From Myxococcales bacterium (lineage in GTDB: Bacteria; Desulfobacterota; Binatia; HRBIN30), in NCBI GenBank assembly GCA_037445065.1, contig JBBILD010000011.1, forward strand, positions 1 through 64,000: DNA of 64,000 nucleotides, written 5' to 3'. The notes beneath the pieces are model-generated. The model saw nothing but the letters and a program-made list of their open reading frames with translations. It was not told the origin of the DNA and searched no databases. Of this stretch, positions 27,455 to 37,368 are shown piece after piece. A program made the translations under genes and the position numbers. The stretch's first letter is position 1; each line of letters begins with the position of its first letter.

Positions 27455-28858
27455 ATGACCCAGCTCCTGACCGCGCGCCGCTGGCGGAGCGTCTTTTGGG
27501 CTTGGCTGGCCTTGGCTCTGGCAGCGGCCGCTTCCTACCGGCAAGTGGCCGCGCTGTTTTTTGTGAACGAGGACTTCACTTGGCTGTGGCGTTGCCGGGT
27601 CGAGCACGCGATGGATTGGCTTTGGGTGCTGGCGCGCGACTCGATGGGCGGCAGCTACTCGTGGCGGCCGCTGGTGCAACTGAGCTTCGCAGCACAGCAG
27701 TGGATTTGGGGTTGGAATCCAACGCCAATCCACCTGTGGGCCTTGGGCTGGCACCTGCTGGCTGCCGCGGTACTGATCTGGGCCCTGGCGGCGCGTACGG
27801 GAGTGCTTGCCGCTTGGCTCGGTGCACTGGTGTTTGCCGTACATCCGCTGCAGGTCGAGTCCCTAGCCTGGGCCTCGGCGCTGGGTGGCCCGCTCAGCAC
27901 AGCGCTCTTGTGCCTGGCTGTGTTGGGGGCGGTCGTCGGGAGCTGGTCGCCGTTTCGGGTCGCGCCGCTGTTTTTCTTGGCACTGGCGGCACAGGAAAAC
28001 GCGCTGGCCGGACTTCTGCTGGTTCCGCTGGGTATGTGGTTGGTGGGAAAGCAACCAGCCGTGCGACTTGCCAACATGGTGGTTGCGCTTTCTGTGGCGG
28101 CCGTGCTGTTTTTGCTTTGGCGCTGGCTTGCCAGCCCAGCCGGGGTAGCCCCGCCCGGAAGTTTTCTGGAACGTGGGTCGCCAGCATCGCTGGCCAGTTC
28201 TTCTCTCCTGATGCTAAACCGGTTCACCCAGGGAGTTGCGGCAGTTGCAGGTAGCGATTCGAGCTTCCTGGGAGGTTTGCTGTGCCTGCTGTGGGTGGCG
28301 CTGGCGGCGCAGCGCTGGCGACAGGGCGACGGCCTCGCCTTGTGGGGTTTTCTGTGGTTTGCCGTGTCGCTCTTGCCGTACACCACGCTCCTGTTTGGCT
28401 TGGCGCCGCGTTACTACCATTTGCCCTTCGCCGGGTTCGGCGCCAGTGTGGCATCGCTGGCGGCAGGGCTAGAGGCCGCAGGCCAGTCCCGTCGATGGCT
28501 CGCGAGGCTTCTCATCGTGCTTGCAGGGGTCGGTTGGTTTGCGGGGTGGCAGCGGCCGATCCGAGAAGAGATTCGTGTGTGGCAGACCAGAGGTGGGAAA
28601 ACCCAGGCGCTTCTTGCGGACGTTGGCCGCCTCGTTCCCGAAGTTCCGCCTCGGGCGCGGTTTGCCTTTTACGGCTTGGGAGATCTGCGCCTGAAGGAGG
28701 GGGTGTTTGTGTTCGGACTCGAGGACGCGCTCCGACTTCTGTACCGGGACGGCAGCGTGGGGGCAGTCTTTCGACCGTTCGGCGTGCTTGAGCCTGACGA
28801 GATCCGCTTAGTGTACTGGCAGGGTAGGTTGTGGCGGCTGGGCGAACAACCATCATGA
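27455..28858 (+). CDS. GT-C/TMTC-like multi-pass membrane protein without TPR repeats
   Basis: FVNEDFTW, WRPL, HPLQVESLAW, PRYYHLP; about 10 hydrophobic segments; start uncertain. Confidence 0.7.
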   Translation: MTQLLTARRWRSVFWAWLALALAAAASYRQVAALFFVNEDFTWLWRCRVEHAMDWLWVLARDSMGGSYSWRPLVQLSFAAQQWIWGWNPTPIHLWALGWHLLAAAVLIWALAARTGVLAAWLGALVFAVHPLQVESLAWASALGGPLSTALLCLAVLGAVVGSWSPFRVAPLFFLALAAQENALAGLLLVPLGMWLVGKQPAVRLANMVVALSVAAVLFLLWRWLASPAGVAPPGSFLERGSPASLASSSLLMLNRFTQGVAAVAGSDSSFLGGLLCLLWVALAAQRWRQGDGLALWGFLWFAVSLLPYTTLLFGLAPRYYHLPFAGFGASVASLAAGLEAAGQSRRWLARLLIVLAGVGWFAGWQRPIREEIRVWQTRGGKTQALLADVGRLVPEVPPRARFAFYGLGDLRLKEGVFVFGLEDALRLLYRDGSVGAVFRPFGVLEPDEIRLVYWQGRLWRLGEQPS

Positions 28859-29508
28859 GGCACAGGCGCGCGCTGGCAGCCTGGGGGTTGGCGCTGGCCG
28901 CGCTGGCGGCGGGGTTGTGGCTGGGGCGGCACTGGCTTCTCACCGAACTAGGAAAATTCCTGGACGCCGGGGATGTGCCGGAGCGGGCCGATGCGATCGT
29001 CGTCTTGTCGGGCTCGATCCCAGATCGCATCCTCGAAGCGGTGGACCTGTACCAGGCCGGGCTTGCACCGCGTCTCGTGCTCACCCGCGAAGGGCGGCCA
29101 CCGGGCTTCGAAGCGCTGCGCGCAAAGGGGGTGGCCTTGCCCGAGCGGCACGAAGAGAACCGGCGCATCGCCGTGGAACTCGGGGTGCCAGCCGACGTCA
29201 TCGAAGTGTTGGAGCGGCGCGCGACCAGTACCTTGGGCGAAGCGCGCGAGTTAATTAGTTACTTGCGCGCAAGGCGTTACCGCACCGTGCTCCTCGTTAC
29301 CTCGCGCACGCATGGGCGTCGCGCCCGCTCGATTTTCCGAAGCCTGGCGCGCGGCCAGCCGCGGATTTTGGTGATTGCCTCGCGTTACGACCCGTTCGAG
29401 CCGGGCACCTGGTGGCACTACCGGGCGCTGGCGCGGCGGGTTGTGACCGAGTATGGAAAGCTGCTGGTCTGGTACGCGTTCGATCGCTGGCGAGACCTCG
29501 AGCCATGA
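28855..29508 (+). CDS. YdcF/ElyC/SanA (DUF218) family protein
   Basis: N-terminal TM, ADAIVVLSG, ST..EA, LLVTSRTH..RA, E..K; ATGA overlap with the upstream gene. Confidence 0.88.
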   Translation: MRHRRALAAWGLALAALAAGLWLGRHWLLTELGKFLDAGDVPERADAIVVLSGSIPDRILEAVDLYQAGLAPRLVLTREGRPPGFEALRAKGVALPERHEENRRIAVELGVPADVIEVLERRATSTLGEARELISYLRARRYRTVLLVTSRTHGRRARSIFRSLARGQPRILVIASRYDPFEPGTWWHYRALARRVVTEYGKLLVWYAFDRWRDLEP

Positions 29509-29518
29509 GGGCACACGG

Positions 29519-29800
29519 ATGAACCCGGAACGGGGAGACGCAAAGGCAGGGGTGATTCCGGTGTACCTGCGGGTTCCCCCCGAGGAGATCGCGTACATCA
29601 AGTTCCTCTTCGAATCCTACGAGGAAATTGGCATCGTGCGCACGCACGACGAGAAAACGGCGATCATCGTGGTGCTTGCCATGCCGGACTTCTGGCCCGC
29701 ACTGCGCGCGGTCATCGAGGAAATCCAGGCGCGCATCCCCTGCGAGGAAGTACCGCCGCCAGCCGATGTGGCCAATGACTGGCTGATGCGCGAGCTATAA
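29519..29800 (+). CDS. DUF4911-like small protein
   Basis: LRV...EIAYIKFLFESYE.IG.VRT.D pattern. Confidence 0.75.
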   Translation: MNPERGDAKAGVIPVYLRVPPEEIAYIKFLFESYEEIGIVRTHDEKTAIIVVLAMPDFWPALRAVIEEIQARIPCEEVPPPADVANDWLMREL

Positions 29801-30574
29801 GGAGGAACGATCGGCTGCGGCCTCGCTAACCGGTTGGGCCTCGGAGCGCCTCCCGAACATGAAGGCAACACCAATGCTTACGAGGTAGAGCACCAGCAGA
29901 GGCGCAGCCATCAGGAGTTGGGAAGCCACGTCGGGTCCCGGTGTCAGCACCGCTGCCAGGATGAAAATGCCGAGAATGGCGTAGCGCAGGTAGTGCAGCA
30001 TGTGGCGGTGGGTGACCACCCCAGCGCGGGCGAGGAAGAAGGTTACCACCGGCAGCTCGAAAGTGACTCCGAAAGCCAGCAGCATGCGCGAGGTGAAGGA
30101 CAGGTACTCGCTTACCCGCAGTTCCGGCCGTACTGCGATGCTGCCGTACTGTTCCAAGAAGAACCGGTAACCGACCGGCAGCACCAGCGCGTAGCAAAAC
30201 GCCGCTCCTGCCAAGAAGAAAAAGCTGGCGAAACCCACAAAGGGTAGCGCGTAGCGTTTCTCTTGCGGGTAGAGCCCGGGCGCGACAAAGCGCCAGATCT
30301 GGTAGAAGGTCCACGGGCTCGAAAGGAAAATTCCGGCAATCAGTGCGACTTTGAGCTTGGTAAAAAACGCTTCCGTGACACCCGTGCCAATCAGGTTCAC
30401 GGCGTGCCCCGGGTGGCTGCGGATCCCTTCGAGGGGCGCGGTGAGAAAGGCGAAGAGGAAGTTTGCGTATTGGTACGAGCAAGCGAACCCGACCGCAATG
30501 CCCACCAAGGCCTTGATGAGGCGCCAACGCAACTCCTCCAGATGCGCGGTGAGGGGCATCTTGACGTCGTCCAT
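29795..30574 (-). CDS. tatC: Twin-arginine translocase subunit TatC
   Basis: MPLTAHLEELRWR, YQIWRFVAPGLYPQEK, FGVTFELP, TPGPDVASQ. Confidence 0.97.
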   Translation of the reverse strand: MDDVKMPLTAHLEELRWRLIKALVGIAVGFACSYQYANFLFAFLTAPLEGIRSHPGHAVNLIGTGVTEAFFTKLKVALIAGIFLSSPWTFYQIWRFVAPGLYPQEKRYALPFVGFASFFFLAGAAFCYALVLPVGYRFFLEQYGSIAVRPELRVSEYLSFTSRMLLAFGVTFELPVVTFFLARAGVVTHRHMLHYLRYAILGIFILAAVLTPGPDVASQLLMAAPLLVLYLVSIGVAFMFGRRSEAQPVSEAAADRSSL

Positions 30575-30614
30575 ACGAAATCACTCCGCCGGAAGTCGCG
30601 GGGAGGAGGCGAGC

Positions 30615-30947
30615 CTACGCGGACGGAAAGGGCGGCTTGTCCACTGCCTCCCCGCTTGCCCCTTGCGCCGCCCCGCTTTCTGCGCTCGGGCGCGGTCGCG
30701 ACTCTGCGCCCGAAGGTACGGGCTGCCCCGCGCGTTCGGCCAACTTGGCCCGTTCCGCAGCTCGAATTTCCTCTTCGAGCATCCAGCGCGCTTGGTTGAG
30801 TTCGTGGGTAAAGCCGGCAGTGGCCTTGCGCAGCTCGGCCAAGCCCTTACCCAGCGCCCGTGCCACCTCCGGGATGCGGCGCGGGCCGAGGACGATCAGA
30901 GCGACGAGCAAAATGACCAGCAACTCCGGAGTGCCGATGCCAAACAT
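30615..30947 (-). CDS. tatB: Twin-arginine translocase subunit TatB (TatA/B family)
   Basis: MFGIGTPELLVILLVALIVLGPRRIPEVARALGK, directly upstream of tatC. Confidence 0.9.
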   Translation of the reverse strand: MFGIGTPELLVILLVALIVLGPRRIPEVARALGKGLAELRKATAGFTHELNQARWMLEEEIRAAERAKLAERAGQPVPSGAESRPRPSAESGAAQGASGEAVDKPPFPSA

Positions 30948-31091
30948 GCGCGGCCTGGACGCTAAAGAAAAGCCTAGACCCTGTCAAACAGCGAAAAAGG
31001 CGGTAGAAGGCACGCGAGCTTGTCGAATCGAGTGCGGGTGGCAGCCTCGACCCGCGTGGGGTTCGGTGAGCGAGCAAGGAGGCACAAAGCG

Positions 31092-32114
31092 ATGAGCACA
31101 GGCATCGTCATTGATCGCCGGTACGAGGAGCACGACCCAGGTGCGTACCACCCGGAACGTCCGGATCGTATCCGCGCCCTGCTGGCGTGGGTAGAAGAGC
31201 ATGCAAGCGACTTGATTCTGATCCCCGCGCGCGAGGCCAGCGTGGAGGAAATTTGTCTGGTGCACGACCCCGCGTACGTGCAGCGGGTGGCGGTCACTGC
31301 CCACGAGCCGTGGTTTGCGTTCGATCCCGATACGCGGACTTGCCCGCGCTCGTACGACGCGGCCCGGCTAGCTGCGGGTGCGGTACTGGCGCTGGCCGAT
31401 GCGGTGGTGGCGGGCGAAGTGGACAACGGCTTTGCCTTCGTGCGCCCGCCCGGCCACCACGCCGAGCGGGCCCGCGCCATGGGTTTTTGCTTGTTCAACA
31501 ACGTGGCTGTCGGTGCGGAGTACCTGCGGCAGAAGTACGGAGTCGAGCGGGTGCTGATCGTGGATTGGGACGTCCACCACGGCAACGGCACCCAGCACAT
31601 TTTCGAGGACGACCCCGGAGTGCTCTACCTGTCCACGCACCAGTTTCCCTTTTATCCGGGCACAGGCGCACTCGAGGAAGTGGGTCGCGGCGCCGGGCGC
31701 GGGTTTACCGTCAACCTCCCCCTGCCCGCAGGAGTGGGCGATGCGGAATTCGAGGCGATTTTCGAGCGGGTGGTGGTGCCGGTTGCGGAATCGTACTCGC
31801 CCGACTTCGTGCTCATTTCTGCAGGCTTCGACGCGCACGAGCGCGACCCACTTGCGGAGCTTCGTGCCACCGAGCGCGCCTTCCGGCACATGGCGAGATG
31901 CTTGTTGGAGGTGGCGGCGCGCTGCGCCGGCGGCCGCTGCGTGGCGGTGTTGGAGGGGGGATACGACCTGCTCGCGTTGGTGCGTTCGGCAGAAACCGTG
32001 GTGGAAGAATTCGCAGGGAAGCACCCGCCGCTTGCTCCGCTCCCCCCGAGTGAACGCGCGCAGACGCTGGTGGATCGTTTCGTACGTTTCCATCGGCAGT
32101 TTTGGAAGCTCTGA
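31092..32114 (+). CDS. Histone deacetylase-family (class II-like) amidohydrolase
   Basis: HPERPDR, RPPGHHAE, GFCLFNN, DWDVHHGNGTQ, SAGFDAH, LEGGY. Confidence 0.95.
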   Translation: MSTGIVIDRRYEEHDPGAYHPERPDRIRALLAWVEEHASDLILIPAREASVEEICLVHDPAYVQRVAVTAHEPWFAFDPDTRTCPRSYDAARLAAGAVLALADAVVAGEVDNGFAFVRPPGHHAERARAMGFCLFNNVAVGAEYLRQKYGVERVLIVDWDVHHGNGTQHIFEDDPGVLYLSTHQFPFYPGTGALEEVGRGAGRGFTVNLPLPAGVGDAEFEAIFERVVVPVAESYSPDFVLISAGFDAHERDPLAELRATERAFRHMARCLLEVAARCAGGRCVAVLEGGYDLLALVRSAETVVEEFAGKHPPLAPLPPSERAQTLVDRFVRFHRQFWKL

Positions 32115-32287
32115 GCCATCGCGGCGTCGTTGTGACCGCAGGCGAGTCCAGACGAAGGGCCGGGCACGGGTCGTGGAGTGCATTGCTGGCGACCGTTCGC
32201 GCACACGTTCTGCTCGCCCGGGCGGGTTTTCCGGCGCATCGCGAGTTTCTATGTGAAGAAGCGTTCTAGAAGAACTATTCGAGAAAC

Positions 32288-32968
32288 GTGCACCTGTCGG
32301 AGGTGAGGCAACGCCGTGCGCGACCGCGGCGGGCGGTGTTGCGGGAAAAGACGCGGGCCAGGCTCATGGCGGTAGGGCGCGTGGCCTTCGCTCAAAAAGG
32401 GCTGGCGGCAACCAACCTGACCGATGATATCCTCGCGCCCGCTGGGGTTTCGGTCGGCTCGTTTTACCACCAGTTCGCGGACAAAACGGATTTGTTTTTG
32501 GCAATCTTGCGGGAGCACTCGGAGTCCTTGCGGGCGCTCGTGCACGGGGTGGTGACGCTGGCCCCGGGCCGGGATCCTGCCCAGGTAGCGCGCGACTCGT
32601 TTGCAGCGGTGTTCGCTGTGGTGGACCGCGAGGGCGATGTGTTTCGTATGCTGGCACGGGAAGCGGAAAGCCACGACCCGCGTGTGCGCTCCTACTTGCG
32701 CGAGAACCACGCTGCCTGGGTCGAAGCGCTGGCCGAGGACTACTTGGCCTCCGGACTCTTACCGCTGCCCGAGCGGGCGGTGGCGGAGCGCTTGGCGGAA
32801 CTCGTTCTCACCTTCACCATCGGTGCCGTGCGGCGGTACCTGGATTGGTCGGAAGCGGAACGCAAGCGCCGACGCGAGCGCTGGATCGAAGAGTTAGTTT
32901 GTTTTTGCCTCGGTGGAATGAGTGCCTGGCTCGCCTCGCTCCACACCGATGCGAGGGGGAATTCTTGA
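32288..32968 (+). CDS. TetR/AcrR family transcriptional regulator
   Basis: N-terminal HTH F.QKG...DDI..PAGVSVGSFYHQFADK. Confidence 0.9.
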   Translation: MHLSEVRQRRARPRRAVLREKTRARLMAVGRVAFAQKGLAATNLTDDILAPAGVSVGSFYHQFADKTDLFLAILREHSESLRALVHGVVTLAPGRDPAQVARDSFAAVFAVVDREGDVFRMLAREAESHDPRVRSYLRENHAAWVEALAEDYLASGLLPLPERAVAERLAELVLTFTIGAVRRYLDWSEAERKRRRERWIEELVCFCLGGMSAWLASLHTDARGNS

Positions 32969-32986
32969 ATTGGAGGAGGTCTCATC

Positions 32987-34249
32987 ATGCAGTTCGGCAT
33001 CTTTTACGAACACCAGATTCCCCGGCCGTGGGGGGAGGACGACGAACACCGCTTGCTCAAGGAAGCTCTGGAGCAAGTGGAACTGGCCGACCGGCTCGGC
33101 ATTGATTACGCGTGGGAAGTGGAGCACCACTTCCTCGAAGAGTACTCGCACTCCTCGGCGCCGGAGGTGTTCCTGGCCGCGTGCAGCCAGCGTACCAAGC
33201 GCATCCGCTTGGGGCACGGCATCGTGCTGATGCCACCGAACTACAACCACCCGGCACGGGTGGCGGAACGCATTGCCACGCTCGACCTGGTGAGCGACGG
33301 GCGGGTGGATTGGGGAACTGGCGAGTCGAGTTCGCGCATCGAGCTCGAAGGGTTCAACATCAACTACATGGAAAAGCGCGACATGTGGATGGAAGCGGTG
33401 CGGGAGGCGGCCAAGATGATGGTGGCCGAGCCCTACCCAGGCTACCAAGGGCGCTACTTCTCGATGCCGCACCGGAATGTGGTGCCGAAGCCCTTGCAAA
33501 AACCGCATCCGCCTCTGTGGCTCGCCTGTTCCAACCGTGACACGATTCGACTGGCAGCCCGTCTCGGCATGGGTGCTCTGACCTTTGCCTTCGTGGATCC
33601 GAGCGACGCCAAGTATTGGGTGGATGAGTACTACAACACGTTCAAGAACGAGTGCGAACCGATTGGCCGGGCGGTAAATCCGAATGTGGCGATGGTCACC
33701 GGCTTCATGTGCCACGAGGACAGCTCAGTTGCGTTGGCGCGCGGCATGGAGGGCTTCCGCTTCTTTGGGTACGCGCTTATGCACTACTACATCACCGGAA
33801 CCCACGTGCCGGGCCGCTTCAACATCTGGGAGGATTTCAAAAAGAACTCGAGCCCGGATACCTGGGGTGGCCCCACCGGCGGCATCGGCAACCCCGACGA
33901 AGTGCGCGCAAGTCTCGAGAAATTCGAAGAAATGGGCGTGGATCAGGTGATCTTTATCCAGCAGGGCGGGCGCAACCAGCACGAGCATATCTGCGAATCG
34001 CTGGAGTTGTTCGCGGCCAGGGTGCTGCCCGACTTCAAAGAACGCCAAGAGCGGTGGCAGCAACGCAAGGCAGAAGAGTTGGCACCTTACATCGAAAAAG
34101 CGATGGCAAAGGTGCCGCCCTTGCCGGAGATGAAAGAGGTACCACCGGTGGAGTCGTATCCAGTCCTGCTACAAAAAATGGGTGCCGAAGTGACTGAAGC
34201 GACGATCGGCAAGAAGCTGGCCGAATCTGTTTCTGGAGCGATTTCCTGA
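32987..34249 (+). CDS. LLM-class (luciferase-like) flavin-dependent oxidoreductase
   Basis: WEVEHHFLEEYSHSSAPE, HPARVAERIATLD.VS.GRV, PKPLQKPHPP; strong RBS. Confidence 0.95.
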   Translation: MQFGIFYEHQIPRPWGEDDEHRLLKEALEQVELADRLGIDYAWEVEHHFLEEYSHSSAPEVFLAACSQRTKRIRLGHGIVLMPPNYNHPARVAERIATLDLVSDGRVDWGTGESSSRIELEGFNINYMEKRDMWMEAVREAAKMMVAEPYPGYQGRYFSMPHRNVVPKPLQKPHPPLWLACSNRDTIRLAARLGMGALTFAFVDPSDAKYWVDEYYNTFKNECEPIGRAVNPNVAMVTGFMCHEDSSVALARGMEGFRFFGYALMHYYITGTHVPGRFNIWEDFKKNSSPDTWGGPTGGIGNPDEVRASLEKFEEMGVDQVIFIQQGGRNQHEHICESLELFAARVLPDFKERQERWQQRKAEELAPYIEKAMAKVPPLPEMKEVPPVESYPVLLQKMGAEVTEATIGKKLAESVSGAIS

Positions 34250-34269
34250 GCGCTTCAGCCGAGCGGGCG

Positions 34270-35460
34270 CTAAGCACGCGGACGGCCGACTTGCCACTTT
34301 TGCTGGCGGGCAATCTCGCGCAGCAGGATGCGCACCCTCGCTGCCGTGTCCTCGTCGGGTCGGCCGCGCATGGCGGCCACCAGGTGCTGGTACGCGAGCG
34401 TCGGCTCGTCCATCTCGCGGAGAAGGATTTCTGCCGCTGCCACGTGTAGCGCTGGGGCGGCTGTGCTGTCGGACTGCGCGCGCAACACGTGCAACAGCAC
34501 GGCAAGTGCGGCCCGCGCTTGGCCTTGCGCTTCCAGCCACTCGGCAAGCAAGAGCACATCTTCCGGGTCGAGGGCGCGAACCTGCGCGTGGTCGAGGCGG
34601 AAAAGCAGGTTGGCGGCACGTTCCATTTCCCGGGCGCGGATAAGGGCAGTCACGTGCTCCGCATCGCGGACTCCCGCATCGGCCTCTTTGCGCGCAAGCT
34701 GTCGCGGCAGGCGCTCGAACTCCGTCTTATCGAACCAGATGGCGGCTGCGAACCCGGCCAAGAAGCCGCCGATGTGCGCGCCAAACGCGACCCCTGTCCC
34801 GTCGCCTCCGTAGGTGATGAGGAAAGGCAGGAGGTTGTCAATGACCAGGTAAAACCCGAGCACGAGCCGCGCCGGCAAATAGACGACGTTCATGAAGAAC
34901 GGGAAAATCAGCAGCAGCAGGCGCACACGGTTGTACGGGAACCAACGGAAATAAAAGCCCAGCACCCCCGAGATCGCCCCCGAAGCTCCTACCAGTGGTA
35001 GGTACGACGAGGAAAAGAAAAACGCGTGAAACAGCGTGGCAGCAGCGCCAGTAATCAAATACCAGAGCAAGAACCGCAGGTGGCCGAGGCGATGCTCGAC
35101 GTTGTCGCCGTAAATCCACAGGAAGAGCATGTTGCCGAACAGGTGCAGAAAATTGGCGTGCAGAAACATGCTCGTGAACAGATCGCTGATCTGGGGCGCC
35201 GCAGGCTTAAAGCCGTGCATGTACACGAAAAGATCGTACGCGCTGAGCTGCCGCAGGATTTGCTCGAGCGGCAAACGATGGCCGAGTTGCCGCCGCAGCA
35301 CCTCGACGTACTCTGCAAACACCGGGCTGGCCGGGTCGGCGGGGGCGATGCTCAAGGGCAGGGTGAACAACAGGTACACGGCCACATTGGTGGCCAGCAG
35401 CAGGTAATTCACCCACGGGATGTCCCGTGGGTTGGGGTCGTCGGAGAGAGGAAGAACCAC
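34270..35460 (-). CDS. Rhomboid intramembrane serine protease with C-terminal helical (TPR-like) extension
   Basis: FLHANFLHLFGNMLFL, GASGAISG, AHIGG. Confidence 0.92.
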   Translation of the reverse strand: MVLPLSDDPNPRDIPWVNYLLLATNVAVYLLFTLPLSIAPADPASPVFAEYVEVLRRQLGHRLPLEQILRQLSAYDLFVYMHGFKPAAPQISDLFTSMFLHANFLHLFGNMLFLWIYGDNVEHRLGHLRFLLWYLITGAAATLFHAFFFSSSYLPLVGASGAISGVLGFYFRWFPYNRVRLLLLIFPFFMNVVYLPARLVLGFYLVIDNLLPFLITYGGDGTGVAFGAHIGGFLAGFAAAIWFDKTEFERLPRQLARKEADAGVRDAEHVTALIRAREMERAANLLFRLDHAQVRALDPEDVLLLAEWLEAQGQARAALAVLLHVLRAQSDSTAAPALHVAAAEILLREMDEPTLAYQHLVAAMRGRPDEDTAARVRILLREIARQQKWQVGRPRA

Positions 35461-35483
35461 GGAACTGCCCCGTCTCGTCTGCC

Positions 35484-36308
35484 TTAGCGGCCGCGGAATT
35501 GAGGAGCACGTTTCTCCAAAAACGCGCTGACTCCCTCGCGGAAATCCTCGGTGGAAAAGCAGCCCACCATCTCGCGGTCCGCCTCCCGCAAGGCGGACTC
35601 CAAATCAGCAAACTGACTCGCGAAGATCTGCCGCTTCATGATGCGCAGCGAGCGGGGGGAGCATTGGGTCGCGAGTTCACGCGCCCACGCGTGTGCCTCG
35701 GGGTAGAGAGCCTCGTGTGCAACCACCCGGTTGACGAGACCCATCGCGAGGGCTTCCTGCGCGTCCACGAAACGGCCCGTGTACAGGAGATCGACCGCGC
35801 GGGCAAGACCCACAAGCCGCGGCAACAGCCAAGCCGACCCATGCTCGGCAATCAGCCCGCGGCGTGGAAACAGAAAGGCAAAGCGGGCTTGATCGGAGGC
35901 GATGCGCAAATCGTAAAATAGCGGATAGGTGGCGCCGAGCCCCGCGGCGACGCCATTGATCACGCCGATCACGGGCTTGGACAAGCCGAGGGGGTAACTG
36001 TACTCGCCGCGCCAAGCGGCTGGTAGCGAGGGGTCGAATTCCACCCGCAACTCGGGCGGTGCCTCGCCCACCTCTGCGCTGCCGCTTTGCACGGACTGCA
36101 GAAAGTCCATGTCCGCCCCCGCGCAGTACCCGCGCCCCGCACCGGTGACCAGAATCACCCGCACCCGCTCGTCGTGCTCCGCCTGCCACATCGCATGGCG
36201 CACTTCGAAGCCCATGCGCACTGTCCAGGCGTTGAGCTTATCGGGCCGATTGAGCGTGATGCTCGCCAGCGGTGGTTCCACTCGATACAGGATTTGCTCG
36301 TACGGCAT
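35484..36308 (-). CDS. Enoyl-CoA hydratase/isomerase family protein
   Basis: ITLNRPDKLNA, GRGYCAGADM, KPVIG.ING, EGVSAFLEKR. Confidence 0.92.
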   Translation of the reverse strand: MPYEQILYRVEPPLASITLNRPDKLNAWTVRMGFEVRHAMWQAEHDERVRVILVTGAGRGYCAGADMDFLQSVQSGSAEVGEAPPELRVEFDPSLPAAWRGEYSYPLGLSKPVIGVINGVAAGLGATYPLFYDLRIASDQARFAFLFPRRGLIAEHGSAWLLPRLVGLARAVDLLYTGRFVDAQEALAMGLVNRVVAHEALYPEAHAWARELATQCSPRSLRIMKRQIFASQFADLESALREADREMVGCFSTEDFREGVSAFLEKRAPQFRGR

Positions 36309-36354
36309 GTCCTCCTCCGCAGCGCGCGCTAGCGCGCTGTCTATGCTCAAGCAA

Positions 36355-37365
36355 CTAGCTACCTGGAAACCCGTCCACGTCCCAGCCGCGCAAGTCGATC
36401 GCCCACCGCTCGATGACTTGCTCTCCGTCTGCGAGCAACGCGTACGGATGATACGCCACCGTGGGGTCGATGTGGGCAGGCCACACGCGAACCCGGTCCC
36501 CCACGCGAAGTGGCTGGTGCGGTGCAAAGGTGATGTGTTCGTCGGAGCAAAACCACACGGTGGCATCTTGGATACTCGGGTTGCCGTGGTCCATCCCCAG
36601 CGCTTTGAGCCCGCAGTCGGCCACCGCGTAGTCGCGGCTCACGGAGATCACGGTGGCGAGCACGAAAGCGGCCTGGCGGAAGGGCAAACCGAGAGCCGCG
36701 TACTGGGTGTCCATGAGTGCATACGAGCCCGCCTGGATCTCACTCGCCCACGAGTTGAGGTCGTAGGTTCCGGTACCACCGGCAGAAACGATCTCGCCGC
36801 CGACCTGCCGGTGAGCTTCGAGTAGGGTTCGCATACTCGCCGCGCACAGCTCAGCCCGCAGGCTACGGTCGCTCAGCCCCACGGCGTGGCCCTCGTAGCC
36901 CATAACCCCGCGTACCGTGAGACCCCGCTTGCGCGCCAGTTCGGCGAGCGGCCCGGCTTCTTCCACCGCACAGCCGCAACGGGGCAGCCCCACCTGCACG
37001 TCAATGAGGACCTGCTCGATGCCTGCCGCTGCCGCCGCCTCGATGGTCGCGGGCGAGTCCACCGCCACCATGACGGGCAACCCCCTGAGTGTTCGCAACC
37101 TCTGCACATCCACGACCTCGTTGGCGAGCAAGTAACTTTCGCCGACACCGGCACGCGCAAGCCCAATGATTTCGCGTACCGTGGCTGCGCAAAAGTGATG
37201 ATGTCCGTAAGCTTGCTGGCGGCGGGCCAAGGCGGTGCACTTGTGCGCCTTAACGTGCGGGCGCAGACGCGCTCCCGGCAGCGCCTTGGCCATGCTTGCT
37301 AGGTTGTGCTCCAGCGCCGCCGTGTCGATCACGAGCGCCGGAGTGGAAACGTCCGCTAGAAGCAT
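36355..37365 (-). CDS. Fold-type III PLP enzyme (D-threonine aldolase/D-serine dehydratase DSD1 family)
   Basis: TPALVID, LRPHVKAHK, GVMGYEGH, GGTGTY, GSYALMD, SDEH, PAHIDPT. Confidence 0.88.
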   Translation of the reverse strand: MLLADVSTPALVIDTAALEHNLASMAKALPGARLRPHVKAHKCTALARRQQAYGHHHFCAATVREIIGLARAGVGESYLLANEVVDVQRLRTLRGLPVMVAVDSPATIEAAAAAGIEQVLIDVQVGLPRCGCAVEEAGPLAELARKRGLTVRGVMGYEGHAVGLSDRSLRAELCAASMRTLLEAHRQVGGEIVSAGGTGTYDLNSWASEIQAGSYALMDTQYAALGLPFRQAAFVLATVISVSRDYAVADCGLKALGMDHGNPSIQDATVWFCSDEHITFAPHQPLRVGDRVRVWPAHIDPTVAYHPYALLADGEQVIERWAIDLRGWDVDGFPGS

Positions 37366-37368
37366 GCC

